From Candidatus Heimdallarchaeum aukensis (GTDB taxonomy: Archaea > Asgardarchaeota > Heimdallarchaeia > Heimdallarchaeales > Heimdallarchaeaceae), in contig CP084166.1 in the NCBI GenBank assembly GCA_021513695.1, forward strand, positions 2,624,001-2,688,000: a stretch of DNA of 64,000 bases. The letters are read 5' to 3'. Below, piece by piece: positions 28,403 through 37,277 of this stretch (positions are counted from its first letter, which is position 1; the number at the start of each line of letters is the position of its first letter). The notes below the pieces were generated by a model that saw nothing but the letters and a program-made list of their open reading frames with translations, was not told the origin of the DNA and searched no databases. Position numbers and translations under genes: made by a program.

Positions 28403-29259
28403 CAGATAAATTATTAAAAGCAGTAGAACATCCTTCTGATGTATTTTTAAGACCAGGGAGAATACCACATATTTGGTGTCCTGGGTGCAGTTTAGGTTCA
28501 GTAACGAACGTGATTATTGAAGCAATAAAACAAAGTGGAATTGATTCCAAAAAAATATCTATTATCTCTGGAATTGGTTGTACTGGAAGAGCTGCAGGAT
28601 ACCTAAACTTTGATTCCTTTCACACTACACATGGTAGAGCTATTCCCTTCGCAATAGGCTTAAGTGTAACTGATCCTGAAAGAAAAGTTATTGTTATTTC
28701 AGGAGATGGTGATCTAGCTTCTATCGGAGGTAATCATCTAATTCATGGAGCTAGAAGAAATGCAGATATTACAGTTATTTGTGTAAATAACTTTCAATAT
28801 GGAATGACAGGGGGGCAAGTAGGTCCTACCTCCTATGAGGGACAATTTCAAACTACTGCACCATATGGAAATGTTGAACATCCATTTGACCTACCGGGTT
28901 TGGCTTATTCATGTGGAGCAACTTTTGTAGCAAGGTGGACAGCTCTTGATGTCAGAAGAATGAAAGAGACAATTATTGAAGCAATTCTACATAAAGGATT
29001 TTCTTTTGTAGAAATATTGGGCTCATGTCCTACAACTTATGGACGAAGAAATCAATTAAGAGAAGGTTTAGAGATTTTAGAAAATTTCAGAAAGAGAACA
29101 GTATTGAAACACGGAGCTGACCCAACAAAAACAGAAATTTCCAAGGATGGACCTATAATTGTTGGAAAATTTGTTGAAATCAAAGATAAATCGACTTTAA
29201 CTGATAATTTGCTTAAAGTTCAAAGAATAGCAAAAGCGACAAAGGCAAGGGGGTTATAA
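28399..29259 (+). CDS. 2-oxoacid:ferredoxin oxidoreductase, beta (TPP-binding) subunit
   Basis: Cys ligands CPGCSLG...GIGCTGRA, and the TPP motif GDGDLASIGGNHLIHGARRNADITVICVNNFQYGMTGGQ. ATGA overlap with the alpha subunit. Confidence 0.85.
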   Translation: MTDKLLKAVEHPSDVFLRPGRIPHIWCPGCSLGSVTNVIIEAIKQSGIDSKKISIISGIGCTGRAAGYLNFDSFHTTHGRAIPFAIGLSVTDPERKVIVISGDGDLASIGGNHLIHGARRNADITVICVNNFQYGMTGGQVGPTSYEGQFQTTAPYGNVEHPFDLPGLAYSCGATFVARWTALDVRRMKETIIEAILHKGFSFVEILGSCPTTYGRRNQLREGLEILENFRKRTVLKHGADPTKTEISKDGPIIVGKFVEIKDKSTLTDNLLKVQRIAKATKARGL

Positions 29260-29262
29260 AAA

Positions 29263-29802
29263 GTGCCAAGAGTAGAAATACGTTTTGCTGGTTTTGGAGG
29301 ACAAGGTATTGGTCTTCTAGGGCGATTAGTAGGAGAGGCAATTGCTTTGTATATGGAAGGAAAAAATGCAATAATGACACAGAGCTATGGACCTGAAAGT
29401 AGAGGTGGAGCGAGTAGTTCTGATGTTGTGATTGACGAAGGAGAGATAGCCTACCCTAAAGCGACACATTACGATTATTTAGTTGTTATGTCAGAGGAAG
29501 CCTATCACAAATATATCCCAAATTTAAAAGAAGGAGGAACATTATTTGTAGAAGAGAATCTAGTTATCCTCGATGAACACGCTAAAAAAGCTGGAAAAAT
29601 CTTCAAAATTCCCGCAACTAAAATAGCAGAAGAAATAGGAAGTAGTTTATATGCTAATATAGCAATGTTGGGTTTTTTCTGTGCAAACACTGATATCGTA
29701 TCTGAGGATGCGCTAAAGAAGGTAATAAGAGAAAAAGTGAAGGCGCGGTTTGTTAAGAACAATCTTATTGCTTTCGAAAAAGGGAAAAACTATAAGGGAT
29801 GA
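29263..29802 (+). CDS. 2-oxoacid:ferredoxin oxidoreductase, gamma subunit
   Basis: 179 aa, FAGFGGQGIGLLG motif typical of the gamma subunits. GTG start. Confidence 0.75.
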   Translation: MPRVEIRFAGFGGQGIGLLGRLVGEAIALYMEGKNAIMTQSYGPESRGGASSSDVVIDEGEIAYPKATHYDYLVVMSEEAYHKYIPNLKEGGTLFVEENLVILDEHAKKAGKIFKIPATKIAEEIGSSLYANIAMLGFFCANTDIVSEDALKKVIREKVKARFVKNNLIAFEKGKNYKG

Positions 29803-31772
29803 AAAAAGAAATGGATGAGAAAAAGAAAGTTGGAGTATTTATTTGTCATTGCGGAAGAAATATCGCTCAAACTGTTGATATAGAAAAACTAATGGAAGAA
29901 GTTAGAGAAAAGTATGATGTTGAGTTTGTAGAAGATAATATGTACATGTGTTCTGATCCTGGACAAAATCTGTTAAAAGAATCAATTCAAGCAAAGAATT
30001 TAGATCGAGTAATTGTTGCTGCTTGCTCTAGAGATATGCATGAACCAACATTTAGAAGTGCAGCACAAGAAGCTGGTTTAAATCCGTATTTAGTCGAAAT
30101 TGCTAATATTAGAGAACAAGTCAGTTGGGTTCATGATGATAAAGAAAAAGCCACAGAAAAAGCTTCAAAGATTATCGGTTCAACAATCGAAAAAGTAGTA
30201 AGAGATGAACCTTTAGAACCTCTACAAATTCCAGTTGTTCAAAGAGCATTAGTTATTGGTGGTGGAATAGCAGGAATTCAAGCTGCTCTTGACATCGCTG
30301 ATGCAGGATATGAAGTGACTCTAGTTGAAAAATCTCCTACTATTGGAGGACACATGGCACAATTAGCTGAAACATTTCCCACTTTGGATTGTAGTCAATG
30401 TATTTTAACACCAAAAATGGTTGCATTAAGTCGCCATCCAAAAATTAATTTGCTGACAACCAGTGAAGTTGTAAGTGTAGAAGGTTATGTGGGAAATTTC
30501 AAAGTACAGATAAGAAAAAATCCAAGGTATGTTGATGTTGATAAATGTAATCTCTGTGATGATTGTACAGCTGTATGTCCTGTAGTTGTTCATGATGAAT
30601 ACAATCAGGGTTTAGCTCCAAGGAAAGCTATCTACATTCCATTTCCGCAAGCTGTTCCTGCATCATATGTGATTGACGAAGCAACTTGTTTGGGAATTGA
30701 CCCTCTAATTTGTTCTAAATGTAAAGATGTTTGTTTAGTTGAAGCAATAGACTTTGATATGCAACCAGAAATTATTGAAGAAGAATTTGGCGCCATAGTT
30801 GTAGCTACTGGGTATGATATCTATCCAATAGAAAATATAGGAGAATATGGGTATGGTTCCCATCCAGATATTATATCTGGATTAGATTTTGAAAGGTTAT
30901 TATCTGCAAATGGACCTACACAAGGAGTTATAAGAAGACCTTCAGACGGAAAGATTCCAAAAACCGTAGTTTTTGTTCATTGTGCTGGTTCAAGAGACCC
31001 TGCTAAACATTTACCTTATTGTTCCAAGATTTGTTGTATGTATTCTACTAAACACGCTTTGCAGTATAAACATCTTGTTCATGATGGTACTGCAATCAAC
31101 TTTTATATTGATGTAAGAACAGCAGGAAAAGATTACGAAGAATTCTATAAACGAGCAGCAGAAGAAGAGCAAGTGATTTATGTTCGAGGAAAAGTCTCAG
31201 AGATAATAGAAGATGGAGATCAGCTTCTAGTTAAAGGTGTGGATACATTATTAGGGGAAGCAGTAGAAGTTCATGCTGATCTAGTGGTTCTAGCTACAGG
31301 ACTAGTTCCAAGTAAAGGAACACAGGAAATCTCACATCTTTTGAAGTTATCTTGTGATAGTAAAGGATTTCTAAAAGAAGCACATCCAAAGTTAAAACCT
31401 GTTGAATCAGCTCTATCGGGTATTTTTATTGCTGGAACTGCTTCCGGACCAAAAGATATCCCCGAGACTGTTGCCCAAGCTTCTGGAGCGGCAGCAAAAG
31501 CTGCAACGATTCTGGCCTCTGAATATCTTGAACGAGAACCTCAAATTGCTCAAGTAGACCCAACAACCTGTGGTGTATGTCATACTTGTATTCATGTTTG
31601 TCCATATGGCGCAATTTATCTAGATGAGGTTGTAGGAAGAATAACTGTTCGAGAAGCATTATGCGAAGGATGTGGAAGTTGTGCAGCAGCTTGTCCTTCT
31701 GGTAGCATTGAATTAAAGAACTCTACTTCTGAAGGAATTAGAGCGAGAATTAAAGCATTATTGCAAGGGTGA
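29799..31772 (+). CDS. hdrA: Heterodisulfide reductase subunit A (FAD, multiple [4Fe-4S])
   Basis: FICHCGRNIA N-terminal Cys cluster, FAD-binding GGGIAGIQAALDIADAGYEVTLVEKSPTIGG and four CxxCxxCxxxCP ferredoxin motifs. ATGA overlap with the preceding gene. Confidence 0.85.
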   Translation: MKKEMDEKKKVGVFICHCGRNIAQTVDIEKLMEEVREKYDVEFVEDNMYMCSDPGQNLLKESIQAKNLDRVIVAACSRDMHEPTFRSAAQEAGLNPYLVEIANIREQVSWVHDDKEKATEKASKIIGSTIEKVVRDEPLEPLQIPVVQRALVIGGGIAGIQAALDIADAGYEVTLVEKSPTIGGHMAQLAETFPTLDCSQCILTPKMVALSRHPKINLLTTSEVVSVEGYVGNFKVQIRKNPRYVDVDKCNLCDDCTAVCPVVVHDEYNQGLAPRKAIYIPFPQAVPASYVIDEATCLGIDPLICSKCKDVCLVEAIDFDMQPEIIEEEFGAIVVATGYDIYPIENIGEYGYGSHPDIISGLDFERLLSANGPTQGVIRRPSDGKIPKTVVFVHCAGSRDPAKHLPYCSKICCMYSTKHALQYKHLVHDGTAINFYIDVRTAGKDYEEFYKRAAEEEQVIYVRGKVSEIIEDGDQLLVKGVDTLLGEAVEVHADLVVLATGLVPSKGTQEISHLLKLSCDSKGFLKEAHPKLKPVESALSGIFIAGTASGPKDIPETVAQASGAAAKAATILASEYLEREPQIAQVDPTTCGVCHTCIHVCPYGAIYLDEVVGRITVREALCEGCGSCAAACPSGSIELKNSTSEGIRARIKALLQG

Positions 31773-31777
31773 GAATA

Positions 31778-32242
31778 ATGAGTACATCAAAGCAAGAACA
31801 AGAATCAGGTATAAAAAACCCAGATCCTAAGATTGTCCTTTTCTTATGCCGATGGTGTTCAGGAAAGGGAGCAGATCTAGCAGGAACGTCAAGATTAAGT
31901 TATCCTCCCAATGTTTTACCAATAATGGTAAATTGTACATCAAGAATTGATCCAAGATTTGTAGTAGAAGCTTTTCTTGATGGAGCTGATGGTGTTCTAG
32001 TGACTGGCTGTCACTTTGGTGATTGTCACTATAAGACTGGTAATTACAAAGCATATAGACGTCTTTCGCTAGTCGCAAAGTTGTTAAAACAAGTTGGGGT
32101 AAATCCTAAGAGATTTAGATTGACTTGGATATCAGCTACAGAAGCAGCAAAATTCGTAGAAGTGACTACAGAGATGGTAAATGATCTGAAAAAACTTCCT
32201 CCTTACTGGAGAAATGGAAATGGAGGTAATACCAATGAATAA
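31778..32242 (+). CDS. mvhD: Methyl-viologen-reducing hydrogenase delta subunit
   Basis: ILFLCRWCSGKGADLAG...VTGCHFGDCHY, the MvhD/FlpD family Cys pattern. The ATG at 31778 lies downstream of the track's GTG. Confidence 0.8.
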   Translation: MSTSKQEQESGIKNPDPKIVLFLCRWCSGKGADLAGTSRLSYPPNVLPIMVNCTSRIDPRFVVEAFLDGADGVLVTGCHFGDCHYKTGNYKAYRRLSLVAKLLKQVGVNPKRFRLTWISATEAAKFVEVTTEMVNDLKKLPPYWRNGNGGNTNE

Positions 32243-33233
32243 ATTAAAGGTTGCAGTGGCTCTTGGCGCAACTTGTGCAGGTTGTGACGTGGCTATCTTA
32301 GATTTGAATGAAAAAATACTAGATGTTATAGAGATAGTAGATTTTGTTTTCTGGCCAACAGCTATGGATTTCAAGCTTGAAGATCTAAAGGCATTAAAAG
32401 ATGGTGAAGTAGACGTAGGTTTATACCATGGAGCTATAGGTACAGAAGAAGATGAAGAAATAGCAAAAATATTAAGAAAGAAGTCGAAAGTAGTAGTGGC
32501 CTTTGGAGCTTGTGCTAATTTTGGTGGGATACCAAGTCTAACAAATATGCCTTATGAATCAAAAATATTCGATGTGGTTTATAAGGAAAGTCCATCTACT
32601 TCAAATCCTGAAGGAACTGTACCTCTAAAAGAAACAGAGGTAGAAGGAACAAAGTTGACTTTACCTGGAATTAGAAAAAGAGCAGATTCTTTGAATAGTG
32701 TTATCGATGTAGATTATTACGTTCCAGGCTGTCCTCCTATGGTTCCTTTGATAGAACAAGTGGTAGACATTTTGAGAGTTTTTGTTGAAAAAGGAACTTT
32801 ACCTCCTAAAGGAGCTGTTATCGCTGGGCAAGATACACTATGTAAGGAATGCGGAAGAACTAAACCAGAAACCATCTCTTACACAGAGTTTCTCTCTCCA
32901 CAAGAAGTGAAAGAGATTGACCCTGACCTTTGTCTTCTATCACAAGGAATTTTGTGTTTAGGACCAGCAACACGTTCTGGTTGTGGAGGATTATGCACAA
33001 GCATGAATGTTGGTTGTAGAGGATGTTTAGGACCAACAGATAAAGTTGATGATCATGGTCTAAAAATGATTTCAGCTCTAACATCACTTTTGGACGTAGA
33101 GCATGAAGAAGAGTATACAGAAGAGGAACTAGATAAATTAATAGAAAAAATCCCAGACCCATTAGGAACATTTTATCGATTTACTTATGGAGTCTCCATG
33201 ATCTCTAAATTACATCCTGATATGGAGGAATAA
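32235..33233 (+). CDS. mvhG: [NiFe] hydrogenase small subunit (F420-non-reducing, Mvh-type)
   Basis: VAVALGATCAGCDVAILD proximal-cluster Cys motif and further Cys clusters. GGAGGT SD 7 nt upstream of the ATG at 32235. The track ORF starts at an in-frame ATG at 32214. Confidence 0.8.
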   Translation: MNKLKVAVALGATCAGCDVAILDLNEKILDVIEIVDFVFWPTAMDFKLEDLKALKDGEVDVGLYHGAIGTEEDEEIAKILRKKSKVVVAFGACANFGGIPSLTNMPYESKIFDVVYKESPSTSNPEGTVPLKETEVEGTKLTLPGIRKRADSLNSVIDVDYYVPGCPPMVPLIEQVVDILRVFVEKGTLPPKGAVIAGQDTLCKECGRTKPETISYTEFLSPQEVKEIDPDLCLLSQGILCLGPATRSGCGGLCTSMNVGCRGCLGPTDKVDDHGLKMISALTSLLDVEHEEEYTEEELDKLIEKIPDPLGTFYRFTYGVSMISKLHPDMEE

Positions 33234-33235
33234 AA

Positions 33236-34723
33236 ATGAATCAAAAATTAAATCCAAATATCGTGACTATTGAGCCAGTCACAAGATTAGAAGGATTAGC
33301 AAAAATAACAGTACTTCTTAATGATGAAGGAAATGTAAAAGATGCTTTTTATCAAGTAGTAGAACTCAGAGGTTTTGAGCGTTTTGTTCAAGGAAGACCA
33401 ATTGAGGAAGTATTGAGAATCACACCAAGAATATGTGGTGTATGCCCCATACCTCATCATCTTGCACCAGCAAAAGCAGCAGATAGGGTATATGGGGTCG
33501 ACCCTCCTAAAACTGCAAAATTATTAAGAGAAATGCTAGCTTTGGGACATATTGTTCATAGCCATATTTTGCATTTCTATGCTTTTGCTCTTCCTGATTT
33601 TGTACTAGGAGAAAAGAAAGAACCAGGAACGCATAACATAATTGGTATAGCAAAAGCATTTCCTGATGTGGCGAAAGCTGCCATTAAAGCAAGAGGAGAT
33701 GCCCAAAAAATACAAGCAATGATTGGTGCAAAAGCAACTCATCCTGTTACTGTAATTCCAGGAGGAATAAGTAAAGGAGTAACGAAGGAAGATACAGAAA
33801 AGATATTAGAAATGAGCAAGAATATCGTTGAATTCGGTAAACTGGGTCTTAAGGTCTTTGAAGATTTAGTAGTTAAAAATAAAGATCAAATGGATCTTAT
33901 AAACAGTGACGCCTATCAGATGGATACCTATTATATGTCAATTGTAGGCCCCGATAATACGCTCGATTTCTATAATAGTCAAACAGTTAGAGTAATTGAC
34001 AGTAAAGGAAAAGAATTTGCAAAATTTGAAGCAGAAGATTATTTAGACCATTTAGATGAACATGTTGAACCATGGACATATCTCAAGTTCCCCTATTTGA
34101 AAAAGGTAGGTTGGAAGGGACTTGTTGATGGACCGGATAGTGGTATGTATAGAGTAAATGCTTTAGCACGATTGAACGTTATAGATAAGATAACAACACC
34201 TCTCGCCCAAGAAGCAATGGAAATTATGTATGAAGGTCTAGGTGGAAAACCTGCTCATCACACTTTAGGTTTTAACTGGGCTAGGTTAGTGGAAATACTA
34301 TACAGCGGTGAGAGAATGGTTGAACTAGCTGAAGATCCTGACTTTTATGGTACAAAGTTCAGAGAACAGCTAACCAAGGATATGATTACAGGTGAAGGGG
34401 TGGGAGCCATAGAAGCACCAAGAGGAACTTTATATCATCACTATAAGACTGATAAAGAAGGAAAAGTAACCAAAGCTAATATCATAGTAGCAACCACCAA
34501 CAATAATGCTGCGATTTGTTTAAGTGTGAAAAAAGCCGCTCAAGAAATGATTAAAAACGGTCAGTATAATGAGGATGGCTTAAATAAAATAGAGATGGCT
34601 TTTAGAGCTTATGACCCTTGTTTAGCATGTGCTACCCACGCCATGGTTGGACAAATGCCACTGAAAGTAGAAATATATGATTCTAAGAAAAATAAGATTA
34701 GAGAGTTGACACGTAAACTATGA
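33236..34723 (+). CDS. mvhA: [NiFe] hydrogenase large subunit (group 3c, Mvh-type)
   Basis: N-terminal RICGVCPIPHH (RxCGxC) and C-terminal DPCLACATH (DPCxxCxxH) nickel-binding motifs. A C-terminal extension after the His is consistent with protease processing. Confidence 0.85.
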   Translation: MNQKLNPNIVTIEPVTRLEGLAKITVLLNDEGNVKDAFYQVVELRGFERFVQGRPIEEVLRITPRICGVCPIPHHLAPAKAADRVYGVDPPKTAKLLREMLALGHIVHSHILHFYAFALPDFVLGEKKEPGTHNIIGIAKAFPDVAKAAIKARGDAQKIQAMIGAKATHPVTVIPGGISKGVTKEDTEKILEMSKNIVEFGKLGLKVFEDLVVKNKDQMDLINSDAYQMDTYYMSIVGPDNTLDFYNSQTVRVIDSKGKEFAKFEAEDYLDHLDEHVEPWTYLKFPYLKKVGWKGLVDGPDSGMYRVNALARLNVIDKITTPLAQEAMEIMYEGLGGKPAHHTLGFNWARLVEILYSGERMVELAEDPDFYGTKFREQLTKDMITGEGVGAIEAPRGTLYHHYKTDKEGKVTKANIIVATTNNNAAICLSVKKAAQEMIKNGQYNEDGLNKIEMAFRAYDPCLACATHAMVGQMPLKVEIYDSKKNKIRELTRKL

Positions 34724-35226
34724 AAATAGCAATTATCGGCCTGGGAAACCCCATTGTTGGGGATGATGCTGTCGGAATAAGAGTCTTAGATTACATAAAA
34801 GAGAATAAGACTCTTCCTTCCTTTGTAGACATAATGGTCGATGTAAGCCTTTCTGGAATAGGTTTAGTTGAACTATTCAGAGGATATGACAAAGTGATAA
34901 TAATTGATTCTATGCAATCTAATCAATTTGAACCAGGTACAGTTCTAAGACTCAACCCTGACCAATTTGTAAGTGCATTACACGTTTCAGATTATCATAA
35001 TATGGACTTTTTTACTGCTTACGAATTCGGTAAAGAGATATATGATGATTTACCACCAAATGAACAAATTGTTATCCTCGGAATTGAGATTAATTATATT
35101 ACTGAATTTAGCGATCAGCTATCTCCAGAAATAAAGTCAAAATTTGATGATATTGTAAATGATGTTTATCAATTTATTAAAAAAGAAATAAATCAAGAGA
35201 AGGAGATTATACGCAATGTCCTTTGA
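34720..35226 (+). CDS. Hydrogenase maturation endopeptidase (HycI/HybD/FrhD family)
   Basis: IAIIGLGNPIVGDDAVGIRV N-terminal motif. 168 aa. ATGA overlap with mvhA. Confidence 0.7.
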   Translation: MKIAIIGLGNPIVGDDAVGIRVLDYIKENKTLPSFVDIMVDVSLSGIGLVELFRGYDKVIIIDSMQSNQFEPGTVLRLNPDQFVSALHVSDYHNMDFFTAYEFGKEIYDDLPPNEQIVILGIEINYITEFSDQLSPEIKSKFDDIVNDVYQFIKKEINQEKEIIRNVL

Positions 35227-35629
35227 ATATATAAAAATAGGAAAAGAAGAAAAAGAATTCATTAGTAAAATAGAAGATATCAGCGGACAGAATCTATATG
35301 CATGTTATCAATGTGGAAAATGTACCGCTGGATGTTCTTTTAGTAATCAGATGGATCTTACAGTAAACCAAGTTATTCATAGATTACAACTTGGGCAAAA
35401 AGAAAAAGTGCTGAGTGCAAAGAGTCCTTGGGTATGTGCGAGTTGTTTGACTTGTACAGTTAGATGCCCACGAGATATTGACGTAGCTGCAATAATGGAG
35501 TCAGTAAGAGAATACATTCTACGTTATGAACCTGAGAGAATAGAAAGAATGAAAGTTACAGGAGAAAAAGCTAAAAACTTGCCTAACATTGCCCTCGTAG
35601 GTAGTTTTAGGAAGAATACTGAATTATAA
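35216..35629 (+). CDS. hdrC: Heterodisulfide reductase subunit C-like (2x[4Fe-4S])
   Basis: CYQCGKCTAGCSF and CASCLTCTVRCP motifs. Confidence 0.7.
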   Translation: MSFEYIKIGKEEKEFISKIEDISGQNLYACYQCGKCTAGCSFSNQMDLTVNQVIHRLQLGQKEKVLSAKSPWVCASCLTCTVRCPRDIDVAAIMESVREYILRYEPERIERMKVTGEKAKNLPNIALVGSFRKNTEL

Positions 35630-35641
35630 TAGGTGAATTAA

Positions 35642-36532
35642 ATGAAATATTCATATTTTCCAGGATGTAATCTCAAAACAAATGCAAAGGAATATGAACA
35701 TACAGCTGTTGAAGTTTCTAAAATATTAGATGCTGAACTTGTAGAAATGCCAGTGTTTAATTGCTGTGGGACAGTTCATAGTATGGCTTCAGATAATACT
35801 ATGAGGAGAATCGCCCCTGTACGTATTCTTTCAAGATCAGAAGAGCACCAAAAAGAGTTGGAAGATACAAATAACACAGTTGTAACTCTATGTTCCATGT
35901 GTAGTTCAACACTTAAAGTAGTAAATGAAGAAGTAAAAGAAGATGAAGAAATGCTACAGAAAATAAACTGGCAGCTAGAAAGAGATAACTTAAAATATTC
36001 TGGCCATTCGGAAGTCAAACACTATTTAGAAATACTTAGAGATGAAGTTGGTTTTGAAGAAATTGTTAAAAAGGTTAAAAAACAACTTAAAGGAATGAAA
36101 GTTGCTTCTTATTACGGTTGCATGCTGTTACACCCAGATAAAGCTAAAATTGATGACAGCGAAACACCAACAGTGATGGAAACCCTTACCCTTGCACTCG
36201 GAGCAGAAGTAGTTGATTGGCCTTATTTTAAAACTTGTTGCGGTTCTTACCATGTAGTAGACAAAGAAGATATCGTAAACAATCAAATTCTAAAAATAAC
36301 GGAGGGTGCTAAAAAAAGAGGAGCTAATGCTATAATTACTGCTTGTCCTTTATGTGCCTATAATCTTGATAGTCAGCAAGTATTTTTACAGAAAAAAGGA
36401 ATAATAAAAGAAACTATACCTATCTTCTACTTTACTCAACTTATGGCAATAGCTCTAGGAATAAAATTAGAAAATTTTGAAGATCATCATGTAGATCCTA
36501 AACCTTTACTAAAAAGTCTAGGATTAATTTAA
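35642..36532 (+). CDS. hdrB: Heterodisulfide reductase subunit B-like (two CCG domains)
   Basis: PGC...NCCGT and YYGC...CCGS...CPLC arrangement characteristic of the HdrB/GlpC/SdhE CCG domain. Confidence 0.75.
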   Translation: MKYSYFPGCNLKTNAKEYEHTAVEVSKILDAELVEMPVFNCCGTVHSMASDNTMRRIAPVRILSRSEEHQKELEDTNNTVVTLCSMCSSTLKVVNEEVKEDEEMLQKINWQLERDNLKYSGHSEVKHYLEILRDEVGFEEIVKKVKKQLKGMKVASYYGCMLLHPDKAKIDDSETPTVMETLTLALGAEVVDWPYFKTCCGSYHVVDKEDIVNNQILKITEGAKKRGANAIITACPLCAYNLDSQQVFLQKKGIIKETIPIFYFTQLMAIALGIKLENFEDHHVDPKPLLKSLGLI

Positions 36533-36549
36533 AAAAAAGAGGAATAAAA

Positions 36550-37272
36550 ATGGCAAAAGCAATATCAATGAGAGAAAAAAAGGAAAAACTTGACACAGTA
36601 ACCATATATATTATGGGTCAAGGATACAAAGTTCCTTCTTCTTTAACCATAATGAAAGCAATGGAATATGCTGGTTTTAAACTTAAAAGAGGAGTCGGTT
36701 GTCGTGCAGGTTTTTGTGGAGCATGTGCAACCGTTTATAGAAAATTAGGTGATTACAAAATATATGCTAACTTAGCATGTCAAACTAAAGTCGAAGATGG
36801 GATGTATCTCACACAATTACCTTTTGTTCCTGCTAATAAAGCAGAATACAATCTTGACGAGATTAAACCTTCAGCTTCAACAATGCTCCGTTTCTATCCA
36901 GAAATAGCAAGATGCTTAAGCTGTAATGCTTGTTCAAGAGTGTGCCCACAAGATATACAAGTAATGGACTATGTTCAATACAGCTTGCAAGGGCAAATAG
37001 AAAAAGCAGCAGAACTAGCTTTTGATTGTATTCAATGCGGTCTTTGCGCAATTCGTTGCCCAGCAGAGATTCCTCAATATCATGTGGCGACATTGGCACG
37101 AAGATTACATGGTAAATATCATATGATTGCTCCTGATACTCTAGAACAAAGAGTAAAGGAAATAGAAGAAGGAAAATACGAAAAAGGATTTGAAGAGTTG
37201 ATGTCTCTATCTGAAGAAGAATTGAAGAAACGATACGTTGCAAGAGACTTTATTGATCAGAAAAAGGCGTGA
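36550..37272 (+). CDS. Succinate dehydrogenase/fumarate reductase iron-sulfur subunit-like protein (2Fe-2S plus 2x[4Fe-4S])
   Basis: GCRAGFCGACA (plant-ferredoxin-like cluster as in SdhB), then CLSCNACSRVCP and CIQCGLCAIRCP. Confidence 0.65.
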   Translation: MAKAISMREKKEKLDTVTIYIMGQGYKVPSSLTIMKAMEYAGFKLKRGVGCRAGFCGACATVYRKLGDYKIYANLACQTKVEDGMYLTQLPFVPANKAEYNLDEIKPSASTMLRFYPEIARCLSCNACSRVCPQDIQVMDYVQYSLQGQIEKAAELAFDCIQCGLCAIRCPAEIPQYHVATLARRLHGKYHMIAPDTLEQRVKEIEEGKYEKGFEELMSLSEEELKKRYVARDFIDQKKA

Positions 37273-37277
37273 GAAAA